DNA of 64,000 nt from Lepidodermella squamata (taxonomy: Eukaryota; Animalia; Gastrotricha). A program made the position numbers and the translations under genes. Every line of letters starts with the position of its first letter. Positions within the stretch are counted from its first letter, which is position 1. This document shows positions 23,401 through 33,937 of this stretch, piece after piece. The stretch is taken from the NCBI GenBank assembly GCA_047495785.1, contig JBLDXI010000043.1:678473-742472 (forward strand). The letters are read 5' to 3'. The notes under the pieces were generated by a model. That model did not search any database and was not told where the DNA came from. It saw nothing but the letters and a program-made list of their open reading frames with translations.

Positions 23401-26400
23401 GATCATGTTCGCCTACCTTCAGATTGAGCGATTCCGAGGGTTCGATTTGCTGCGCAAGAGCTTGTCAGATTGCGACAACTCGACGAGAAACGTACATGAT
23501 TGAGCCTGACGTTTTTCTGATATCAAAAATGTCCTTTTATTCTATATTCTTTGCACAGGATTTAACTTTTCATCGTTGCATGAATGGAACGAGTTATGCT
23601 GCCTGTTTGCCTTCAACTTTGAACTGCCCCAAAGGCACGGTGAGTGGAATGATACATGTTTTTGGCACAAAATCGCTCGATCTACAACAGCCATCTAAGA
23701 GCTAGAACGACATCAACGACTACTGAGTCTTCTGATTTTCCTATTGATTTTGAATTATTCAAGGAGCCATTTCGAAATGAACTAACTCTGGCTAAGTGCG
23801 TGGAGGGCTATCGTAAGTTCAGGGTATCTTCTTCTGAACATCAATGGCTTTTATGATTCTAGAAACGCGTCCCGTCGATTTCGAGCCACATGTGCGCTGT
23901 TTCCAAAAAACAACCGGAGCATTCCTCGGCTGCCGCCCAACATCAGTTGGCTGCTCGGCGTCTTCGTACGAAACATCGGTAGGTTTGCTCGAAAAATTCA
24001 GCAATTATGCATTTTGCTCGTTCTCATGCAGACATTCAGCCCGCGGCCCTTCATCGATCGTGTGCATTGCGAAAAATGGGTATGGCTTTCAGATTCCAAG
24101 ATCTTCTTCACTGATTCAAAAAGAGGCCTCGTCTATATTAAATATTCTTATTCTTATTATTTTGTGTTTCTCTTCAATCTCAGAATGCAGCCGCGTGCTC
24201 GAAAGCCGGAACTGTTCAATGTAGAAACAGATGCCCGAGCGGTTGGAACTTGGTAGGTCATTTTTAGTTCGAACATAAATTGGCTTACAAACAGCCTGTC
24301 GATGTGTCGTCATCCAAATCAGGGAAAATAGCAGGGTCTAAATCAAATCAAATCCAAGGCACTGCTTGCTCTTTGACAAAATACGCTAAAAATTGGGTTG
24401 TCCAAAAGAACAAGTTTGTTTCGCACTAGATCCTAAAGCCCCAAACGAATGGGCTTAATTGACAAAAAAAATCGCGGGACAAGGAACGTATATTTTGAAC
24501 TTACTATGTGGACAAATTATTGAGCTCAAAATTTACGTAGCAAACACAACTTCATTGCTAGCGCTTTTATTCCTTTATTCTCGAAATTTTGCAAATTATC
24601 TCTGTTTTTTCAAAAATTCATCGTCAGGCATCCATAAAGACAAAACAACTGAAATGCGTGTTCTTCTCAGTTCACTAGCTAAATCTGGAATTCCTATTTA
24701 TGCCTAATTGACTTCGTCAATTCGTTTTGTCTATTTATAGATGTCTATCGGTGACGTTTTGAAATTTGAACGTTGTGAAATTTCTAGAATAAAAGAATGA
24801 AAGCGTTAGCAATAAAGTTGTTTTTGCTAGACTCATTCAAAATCTTCTAAGAGATTTATTTCTCATAATGTAGGTGAAAGTTTTTCAAGCGACGACGGCT
24901 TCATTCGCGACAGCCTACTCGGAATGCCTAAGCTATGCGGCATCTGTCAATCGACCGGTGAGTCGATTTATAAAATTTCTCGTTGAGCGCAATACTTTTG
25001 TCATACGTTTTAACAGCCGCGATATAAGCAGTGCTTGGATCCCGCTAGCTTTAATTTGGTCACTTGTGTTCCGACAAACGAAAACTGCCCGATTTCCTCG
25101 GTCAGTCAGACTGATGACCAAATTAATGCAATAATTGAACATTCAATTCTTATTTGTTAAAAGACTAACCAATTCTCGTCCGCAATCGACTTCACGACGT
25201 CCAGCGAGTGCCTCACTGGTTAGTTTCTACTTCGTATTAAATTAGAACAGCGTAATAATCCATCGACTGGGACGTTTTGCCATCATAGCACCTAAGCCGG
25301 AGTACTTTCCCCACATTCGCTGCTTCAAAACCGACGGGCTATTTCCTTTCACGGGTTGCCTTGCCCTGCCTATTCAATGTCCAACAGGCGAATCGAGCGT
25401 ATTACATTTCCAAGATGACTTGGTAGCTATCTGCAATATTTCTTTCTTATTCGCAGGTGATTGATTCCAAGGTCTATAGCACACGAGGATTCTGCGAGAA
25501 CGGCGTACGTTTGAAGAGATCATCAAAAAACCATATAAACCATATAAAAACCACTGAGTGCGTTATTATCCATTCTCGTTACTTGCTATTAAGATCTGAC
25601 TCAAAATGGGAGGGCCCATTATTGAATTGCACGCTACAAAAGAACGAAAAAACAGCCCCTCATCAACGTTTCCAAGGCGAATGACGTTAACCCTTGGACC
25701 TGCAATAACCAAGTGATTTCTCGCATTTTCAGGACGAAATGAAACCACGTGAGACCAAAAGGTAACGGCTGCTTCCCAAGTACTAAGTGGAATAGAGCAC
25801 ACCGGGCAGCTTGTTTCTCAAAAATGTTTTCCCTCTCGTCTTAGACGTAGGCGCAAAGTCTTTTCATAGCATCTATTTTTGGGAGTGGTACTTCTGCCAT
25901 GGGATTAGGGTTTTCTGCCACCAAATATTAAAATCGAAAAATGGCCACCAAATTGGGGTTTCTTCCCAAATCAAGAACTGAAGCAACTTAAACAAGATAA
26001 CGGATTAAAATTTCAGTGCGGAAGTAGCGTTAGCCACGAATAGCCTGGCCATCCAGAACAACGGATCAGTACTTATCGGTACTTATCAATCGGCCTTGAA
26101 CCATGCTGTTGCCCCATCATGAGAACATGCTCACAAAACTACAAAAATTACAGATACTTAACAGATAGACCTCGCTCACTTTTCGGATTCTTCTAAGCTG
26201 GCAAAACGTCTATCGAACGTTTTGATAATACCTCAATTTAGTGGCAATTTTGGGATTTTCATATTTGGTGGCCGAAAACCCAAATTTAGTGACAGAAAAA
26301 CCAAAATAACTGGCAGAATGCATTTCTCCGTCTATTTGTTGAGTCTTAGTTTTAGCATAATCAAAGTTAACTGCCGCGGAACTAAATTTGCCTGTTAGCG

Positions 26401-29400
26401 GAGCCAGCGTTTGGAATTTCCAGTGGGCCTAAAACTCATTTTCGTATAGATAGATAGATTTCTTATGCGATTTTCCATAACTGACAACTGGGCAAAACTC
26501 CGCCTCAGCGTTAGCACACGGGAGTTGCGGGGAGAGTCCGACTCGAGCGAAAAATGTCGCAGGAAAAATGCGTTTGGTCTCATCTTTCATTCTCATTCTC
26601 CGGTATGCACCCAAACAGTGTGCGAAGTAGGATCCTGGAACTGAGGCGTTTTCCAGCCGAAAAAGCCTAAGGGGCCCCCTGTGGTTTTCTCACCCTTCCT
26701 CGTCTGTTTGGAATGCCGGAGCTGGGGTGTTGCGACACCCTAGCAGCCGTGTACTTCGCACCCTGCACCCAAATCAGTGTAGCGAACGCCGGGGCTGGCC
26801 GACTGCGACGCCAGTGTTGAGGCCTGCGTGCTTCCCTATTCTAGATCCCGTATCTCTAGCCCTGAGATCGACGAGTAATTGCTTTACTCATAACTGGATC
26901 GCTAAACCACCGTCGGGTGTCGGGCAACGTCCGCGGGAAATTGATCCCAACCTACGTGTCATGCCTATTTTTTTCAGGCCGCCGTCTATTGCATGCCGCC
27001 AACAGCACCTACCGCAAATTTATCTGCTGGTGTCTGCCGAGCAGCTCGTGAGAACTCGTGCCCAAACGATATGATCCCTGGTCGCAAATTTCCTGATGGT
27101 TTAATAATCTTAACCGAGGAAGGCCAAAACCAGACGTTCGATTATTACGTAGCGAGCAGTGCGTTCGGCGATTGGTACGCTACATGCCTTGCCGACAGTA
27201 TGGTTAGTGACAACGTTCCTTTTCTCTATTTTACTAAACGTTTTACGGGTTTCCTTTAATTCAGGGTCAAAATATGCCTTGTTTAACAAACAAATATCGC
27301 TATCTGTCGCACTGTGCGCGTGTCGGTGAAAGTTGTACTAACTCTAACTATGTGAGTTTGTCGCATTAATTTTTGAAATGGAAGTGACATATTCTCCCCG
27401 AGTTAATTCACAGATTACTGAAATTGTCCCACTCTGAACCTGAGAGGTGTCTTTTAGCTAGTTTTCACTTTCATCTGAATTGAAACCTATCTCCCATTTC
27501 CGAATTACAAAACATTGAGCCGATAGACCTCATAAGACAGTGTGCGACTTTCAGGGGGGATGGAGGGGATAATCGTTGACTTCTTCACGCAGCTTCAAGT
27601 GATCATCAACATCAGAGCCGAACAGAACAAACGTAGACGGTCGAAAAAGATACGCACCGTCACCCCTGACATTGCTAACAGAAAATCCTCGAGCCTCGAG
27701 CTCAGTTTTGGGCGCGCAAGTTTATTCTTTTGCTGCGCGCGCGCACAGCAGTCACAGCGAAACTTCACGTCGCGACTTCTTCCTAATTTAATGCGCGCAA
27801 ATTTGCTCATAGCTCTACTTTTTAGACTCCATCTGCTATAATCAACCTTAAAATGTGAGAGAATCTCTAGAAAATACCCTAACACTCATATTTCGCTGGC
27901 GAAAGATTTGATTTGATTTAGTTGATTTACCATGGATTTTTGGGTGATTTGATTTTATATGATTGATTTAACAAGACCCGTGATTTACTGAAGAAATCAA
28001 ATCAAATCAAATCAAATCAAAGTCACTGTTGGATTAGTCGTATCTTGATTCTTAGTTTCGTACATCCGACGGGCATATTTTGCCCGCATTGCCAATAAGA
28101 GGCAAATAACCATGTGCCAAGAGCCGCACCGATTTTTTTTTGGCAAATTATGACACCTCTAATATGAAAATAGGCCACGGTTTCTGCGATCCCTAGACCT
28201 CAATTTCGGCGATCGGCAATTTATTTATCAAATTGCTAGTGTCTTTACCCAGGATCCATAGGCTTCACTCGACTAGAGATTTTCACTACACATGTTCATG
28301 AAATGCGCCACTGCGAGCGTATCGAGCCTCGGCTGACGGATATTTCTCAATTTCAGTTCTATTAATGCCTGTTTTTTTAGTCTGGAGCTGATCTTGACAC
28401 ATAATGGCCTTAAGTCACTAGTTTCCTACAGGAGACTTGAAATTTCTCTTAGTACACTAGGGGAGGACACGGTTTGGGAAACGCTGAAATAGGTAGAATT
28501 TATCAGCCACTGAATTTGAGGCAGTCAAAATGTTAAACACATTTTCACTGCAATTCAAACTCAATATTTGCTGATAGTCTAGTCTTGATGACTTTTACCT
28601 TGTTTCTGACCTTCGAAGCTACTTGGGAAAACCTCTAGTTTTCGGTCAATTGCAAATGCGCGGAATTGTAAAAGCGTTCTCGACATTCTGGATAATTGAT
28701 TCAAGGGGCGCAAAGCGGTCGAATCATATACGATCATTTTGTTCCTTCATTTTCTCATCCATATTTTTACTGCGTTAAGATTAAAGCCAATTGGATTATT
28801 TACGACAATCGATATCAATGCCTCAACGGTATGTAAAAATCACCATTTTATCAACCGCCGTATTCAATAATATTGGCTAAATGCCATCGAACAGCGCCAG
28901 CAGCAAACTTGCCCCATGTTCGCTGCTTCTCTGGCAACACGGTTGAATGCACCCGGAACAAGGCGAACTGTTCTGTACGTTTCCCTCTCTTTCCACCCTA
29001 AATAACACTAAAACGCTTTTTTTGCTGCTCAGAATTTATTTGACGAGACTTGGATCAACACGCTGGAACTTTGCGACAAAGCGGTAATTTCATGAGGCTA
29101 AAATCGACTGATGAAAATTAGAAGTCTTATATAATATCCCACATGCATAAGAAGTACTACTAAAGTAAGGCTATCGTCAATAAGTCATTCAGTAAATATT
29201 TTGCTGAAACATCGGCAGTGCGCGAAGTAGGAATCTCGAGCTAGGGGGTATTTTCGGGCCCAAATTTTATGACCAAAGGGTCCCCCCTGTGGTTTTTCGG
29301 GAGATTTTCCACTTTGGCCTTGTGAACTGGGGGGTACGATGCCCCTCAGGGCCCCCCGTACTTCGCGCACTGAACATGGGGGTCCAATATGAAGAATTCA

Positions 29401-30127
29401 GCCGGAGAAAGGTTTTGCCGGTTGGTTTGCACTAGTAAAGTTCGCTAAAAATTACGCGCATTTTGTGACAAGATCCGGCTTTAAGAAAACCGCTTCGAAC
29501 TTCGAGTTAATGTTTGTAGAATCCAGCGCGAGTTTCCTCTCTTGTACTTCTGTTCTGTATGGCCTTTCTAAGGTCAATCTTGAACTAAGAGGTTCTTCCC
29601 TGTAGGGATTCTCATACTGCTACGCGCCAAGCAACGGAAGCCGCCTGTGCGTTGCCGCGAATCAGCAGCCACCATGCCCAGCTGGCTATCAACAGGTACG
29701 TCCTACAAAGTCATGATCAATAATACACTGGCGGGGTTTTATTTTAAGTTCGGGGGTGAAATCAGCGATGCAACAGCCAGTGCTGGTTACGACAAGTGCT
29801 TCATCGGAACAGTCGAGGTAATTTTCTCAAATATTTACTTCCGTGTAATACAATATGTAAACCATACTTTTTCATATCATAGATACGACATTTTCGTTGC
29901 TTCAACGAAGCGACTAACGAATTCAGCCTTTGTGCTCCGGAAGACTCGAATCAACCGCCTCAATGTCCTCTTTCAACTGTGAGTTTTCGTCATCGAATTT
30001 GGAATCGAATATGGATTGCTTTAACCTGTAACGCCATGTTGTTTCGCAGAAAACTCTGGGCAACCCGGTGCCGAAATACGACTCGTACAAGAAATGCGTC
30101 GATGATGATCCAACTGGCAACGTTTAG
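11454..30127 (+). CDS. 23-exon gene for a 645-aa putatively secreted protein with twelve tandem 4-Cys modules
   Basis: Hand-spliced exons, all GT-AG and phase-compatible with no internal stop: 11454-11624, 23193-23237, 23289-23372, 23423-23491, 23559-23639, 23764-23812, 23863-23978, 24032-24079, 24184-24252, 24874-24957, 25017-25100, 25164-25218, 25289-25398, 25457-25504, 26978-27202, 27265-27351, 28780-28828, 28895-28974, 29033-29083, 29606-29695, 29749-29817, 29883-29978, 30050-30127(TAG). Signal-peptide-like N-terminus MCSSRWLTPVCGLVLICTTILEPATA|SWVRCF. Confidence 0.85.
11677..12778 (-). mobile_element. RTE-clade LINE fragment A (5'-truncated, internally deleted, with (TTA)n tail)
   Basis: [31 protein letters not shown] and QFGF, joined across a deletion to PRGRPRARW and the C-terminus ...YEFFGKSKIFNCGGG*. 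(AAT)n tract at 11677-11727. Confidence 0.85.
12779..14360 (-). mobile_element. RTE-clade LINE fragment B (5'-truncated RT, with (TTA)n tail)
   Basis: ORF 13033-14271: QFGF, FIDLEKAYD, GLRQGCPLSPLLF, LAFADD, FKYLGS, PRGRPRTRW. Frameshifted C-terminus EWRNIV..YEFFGKSRIFNCGGG*. Tail at 12779-12806. Confidence 0.92.
15275..15930. mobile_element. Mutator-like (MULE) MITE, 656 bp
   Basis: 31-bp perfect TIR GCTCAATTCCGGGCCCATATTAGTTCCGTCC extending imperfectly inward. 9-bp TSD AAAATATCG at 15266-15274 and 15931-15939. Confidence 0.9.
16018..23124 (-). mobile_element. Full-length degenerate non-LTR retrotransposon (ORF1 plus APE-RT-CCHC ORF2, RTEX-like), about 5.0 kb without the nested insert
   Basis: ORF1 22515-23012 (coiled coil plus RRM-like). 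APE 20859-21850 (LLETW, SGGIIIY, MGDLN, VVDY, SDH). RT pieces 16911-18480 (NYRPITL, QFGF, GVRQGDPLSP, LYADD). CxxC..H...C at 16239-16604. 14-bp TSD TAAATAAAA(T/A)CAGC at 16004-16017 and 23125-23138. Clade label is inference from domain order. Confidence 0.88.
18497..20573 (+). mobile_element. 5'-truncated copy of a sister LINE subfamily nested antisense inside the host LINE, with intact RT-CCHC frame
   Basis: Open frame of about 600 codons to 20310. Perfect 13-bp TSD CAATTGCTTCGAG at 18484-18496 and 20574-20586. 3' end AATAAAACATTGCTTG. Confidence 0.93.
24538..24829. mobile_element. Intronic MITE-like inverted repeat (unclassified)
   Basis: TAGCAAACACAACTTCATTGCTAGCGCTTTTATTCCTTTATTCTCGAAATTT pairs imperfectly with AAATTTCTAGAATAAAAGAATGAAAGCGTTAGCAATAAAGTTGTTTTTGCTA. 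Confidence 0.7.
25880..26330. mobile_element. Intronic MITE-like element with repeated GCCACCAAAT / ATTTRGTGGC subterminal motifs
   Basis: TTCTGCCA...GGGTTTTCTGCCACCAAATAT on the left is mirrored by ATATTTGGTGGCCGAAAACCC...TGGCAGAA on the right. Confidence 0.6.
26616..26765. mobile_element. hAT-type MITE, 150 bp
   Basis: TIR CAGTGTGCGAAGTA ... TACTTCGCACCCTG with perfect 8-bp TSD CACCCAAA. Confidence 0.85.
27900..28030. repeat. (GATTT)n / (AAATC)n inverted pentanucleotide element
   Basis: GATTTGATTTGATTT at the left end, AAATCAAATCAAATCAAATC at the right end. Confidence 0.55.
29216..29372. mobile_element. hAT-type MITE, 157 bp, same family as 26616-26765
   Basis: TIR CAGTGCGCGAAGTA ... TACTTCGCGCACTG. 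TSD AACATCGG/AACATGGG (7 of 8). Shared internal CCCCCTGTGGTTTT. Confidence 0.8.
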
Positions 30128-33100
30128 GAAGAAAATGTTGCATCTCATCGAAATGACCGACGTATATTAAAAACAATTTTGAAATCTTAATTTGCTTAGC
30201 GCGTTATTCAAACTTCGCGTGTGATGTATTTAACAATTAATTCACTTATGGTTTCTTAGAAGATGCCATTGGAATAAATTTATTGCCAGCTCACATACAG
30301 GGTGTTTCAGAACTCACGCACTATAAAAAGCCTGCGGCAAATGGTTGCCGGGGTATCCACAGCAAACATGCGAATGATTATATGTTTAAATTCATAAGCG
30401 GTATAGAGCGAGGTAAGCGCAACATGATGCAATTGAGCGGTTATGTGGCATGCAAGTGGCATGCGTACATGATACATGATAATATGCGCACATCAAACAC
30501 GGGTTCACCGTAACGTTGTAGAAGTCAGAAAGGCGAATATCGCCAAGAAATGACCGCCTGCAAAGTGAAAAGTGTAACTTGGCAATTTTTTAATTATTTT
30601 CTGCAACCAGAAAAACAAGTCTTGGGGTCAACCAATGCCGTTCCGGTTTGAACTGATAACCTAATGCAGTTTGAGTCGTAGATTCAGAATTTCGCATCCC
30701 TAACTTCATAGGATCTATGGATCCACCTCAAATTTGCATTAATCTTTGAAGCATTAATTTGCGATTTTTTCTACACTTTTTTACGCACTTTTTAGGATGA
30801 AGACATCGAAATTTGTGACATTGAAAGTTTTGGCTATTTGCCGACGTGCAATAAAAGCAAATGCCGCCCTCATTTGCCCAAGCCCGCGATTTTTGGGCCC
30901 TAAAACGGCAACAGCCGCAATAGAAGCGGTCCTCGAAATCGCCACTCACATTGTTCTGTGCAATTGCTTTTTCTAACATGCCAAGAGTAAATTTGCATGA
31001 GCCTTGCTACAAGATCACACTGGGATCGGAAATACCAAGCCACAGGTCCCGAACTGCCTGGAATTTTCAGGTATCCATGTCAGTCAAATTCAAATAAGAA
31101 TGCTACAAATTTCGGATGACCGATATTTCGCTGCCAGCCAAAACAGGCTGAAATCGCAGTTTCAACCCTTGTACCTTGCGCAGCTCATCGGCATCGTGCC
31201 GAATCCGGGCAAACCATGCATATTCGCGCTTCATTCGTTAGTGGCAACAAGCGCTACCACGTTTGCAGGCGATCCGCTGACATTTTGGATGACCGATATT
31301 TCGCTGCCAGCCAAAACAGGCTGAAATCGCAGTTTCAACCCTTGTACCTTGCGCAGCTCATCGGCATCGTGCCGAATCCGGGCGAACCATGCATATTCGC
31401 GCTTCATTCGTTAGTGGCAACAAGCGCTACCACGTTTGCAGGCGATCCGCTGACATTTCGGATGACCGATATTTCGATGCCAGCCAAAACAGGCTGAAAT
31501 CGCAGTTTCAACCCATGTACGTTGCGCAGCTCATCGGCATCGTGCCGAATCCGGGCGAACCATGCATATTCGCGCTTCATTCGTTAGTGGCAACAAGCGC
31601 TACCACGTTTGCAGGCGATCCGCTGACATTTCGGATGACCGATATTTCGATGCCAGCCAAAACAGGCTGAAATCGCAGTTTCAACCCATGTACGTTGCGC
31701 AGCTCATCGGCATCGTGTCGATTGCGGGCGAACCATGCATATTCGCGCTTCATTCGTTAGTGGCAACAAGCGCTACCACGTTTGCAGGCGATCCGCTGAC
31801 ATTTCGGATGACCGATATTTCGCTGCCAGCCAAAACAGGCTGAAATCGCAGTTTCAACCCTTGTACCTTGCGCAGCTCATCGGCATCGTGCCGAATCCGG
31901 GCGAACCATGCATATTCGCGCTTCATTCGTTAGTGGCAACAAGCGCTACCACGTTTGCAGGCGATCCGCTGACATTTCGGATGACCGATATTTCGATGCC
32001 AGCCAAAACAGGCTGAAATCGCAGTTTCAACCCATGTACGTTGCGCAGCTCATCGGCATCGTGCCGAATCCGGGCGAACCATGCATATTCGCGCTTCATT
32101 CGTTAGTGGCAACAAGCGCTACCACGTTTGCAGGCGATCCGCTGACATTTCGGATGACCGATATTTCGATGCCAGCCAAAACAGGCTGAAATCGCAGTTT
32201 CAACCCATGTACGTTGCGCAGCTCATCGGCATCGTGCCGAATCCGGGCGAACCATGCATATTCGCGCTTCATTCGTTAGTGGCAACAAGCGCTACCACGT
32301 TTGCAGGCGATCCGCTGACATTCCGGATGACCAATATTTCGCTGCCAGCCAAAACTGGCTGAAATCGCAGTTTCAACCCTTGTACGTTGCGCAGCTCATC
32401 GGCATCGTGCCGACTCCGGGCGAACCATGCATATTCGCGCTTCATTCGTTAGTGGCAACAAGCGCTACCACGTTTGCAGGCGATCCGCTGACATTTCGGA
32501 TGACCGATATTTCGCTGCCAGCCAAAACAGGCTGAAATCGCAGTTTCAACCCTTGTACGTTGCGCAGCTCATCGGCATCGTGCCGATTGCGGGCAAACCA
32601 TGCATATTCGCGCTTCATTCGTTAGTGGCAACAAGCGCTACCACGTTTGCAGGCGATCCGCTGACATTTTGGATGACCGATATTTCGCTGCCAGCCAAAA
32701 CAGGCTGAAATCGCAGTTTCAACCCTTGTACGTTGCGCAGCTCATCGGCATCGTGCCGAATCCGGGCGAACCATGCATATTCGCGCTTCATTCGTTAGTG
32801 GCAACAAGCGCTACCACGTTTGCAGGCGATCCGCTGACATTTCGGATGACCGATATTTCGCTGCCAGCCAAAAAAGGCTGAAATCGCAGTTTCAACCCTT
32901 GTACGTTGCGCAGCTCATCGGCATCGTGCCGAATCCGGGCGAACCATGCATATTCGCGCTTCATTCGTTAGTGGCAACAAGCGCTACCACGTTTGCAGGC
33001 GATCCGCTGACATTTCGGATGACCGATATTTCGCTGCCAGCCAAAACAAGCTGAAATCGCAGTTTCAACCCTTGAACCTTGCGCAGCTCATCGGCATCGT

Positions 33101-33143
33101 GCCGATTGCGGGCGAACCATGCATATTCGCGCTTCATTCGTTA

Positions 33144-33937
33144 TGGTGCTTTCACAAATGCGTCCGACGGTGAAAACTTCGGCTAGCAACTCGCAAACTT
33201 CGGTAGAGTGAAGCGAAACGTCGGAGAGCGTTATCAGTGGCACTTCCGACGCGCGCGCGCGGTCGGGCGCCCGAAGTCTCTATTGTTTAGTCACCGAAGT
33301 TGCTGAGTGTCACGCACTTGAGCGCGCGTGCACGCGAGTGGCAGGCTAGGTTACGGGGTCGGGCAAAAAAATTTCTATTTCAGCGTAAATACTGAATTCA
33401 ACTAAATAATGAGACGTGAAATGCGATGCGGATCATAAAAATCTAAATTTCATCGAAAAATTATGTGATTAAGACGCATGATTTGCATATCATCAATTTT
33501 TTCTTGCCGCATCTTAGTTTTTCGGCGTGCGCGGCTCTAAAAAAATTGAGAAATCGGTAAATTTCGAACTCATTTTCATGACTCATCGTAATTCAAGACG
33601 GCTTGAGTGTTTTACAGCCAGTCAAGCAGTCAAATGGCCGCACGAGCGCGCGCGCGCTTGTGTCTATTGGTGCGCGTGTAATAATAGTGCGCGCTTCGGT
33701 TCGGACGCACTTCGGACGGTAGTTTTGGGGGCCTCCGATCCGACGTTCTTTGTTGTGCGTGCGCGCGCCGCGTCGGACGCGCTATTGTTTAAACTTCGGG
33801 CGCGCGGGCCGAACTGCGCGCGTTTGTGAAAGAAAATCTAAACGTCGGACAACTATTACGCTACTTCGGGTGCCTATTACGAAACTTCGGGCGCCGAAAA
33901 CGTCGGACGCTCGTCGGACGCATTTGTGAAAGCACCA
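33144..33937. mobile_element. PIF/Harbinger-type MITE, 794 bp, inserted in the satellite (copy 1)
   Basis: 26-bp perfect TIR TGGTGCTTTCACAAATGCGTCCGACG. TTA TSD from satellite CATTCG-TTA-GTGG. Internal ACTTCGG and GTCGGACG repeats. Confidence 0.92.

Noticed and set aside
23691-23763. Longer version of exon 6 using the CAG acceptor at 23690
   Set aside because: In phase 0 it hits TAG after four codons. The AAG acceptor at 23763 keeps frame and module spacing, though it is the weakest junction in the model.
31190-31260. CENP-B box in the monomer
   Set aside because: TTCG and CGGG/CGAA words occur but not in the TTCG-n4-A-n2-CGGG spacing on either strand.
33527-33829. 100-aa ORF inside the Harbinger-type MITE (also 41763-42065)
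   Set aside because: No DDE transposase or Myb/SANT motif. Low-complexity CG repeats.
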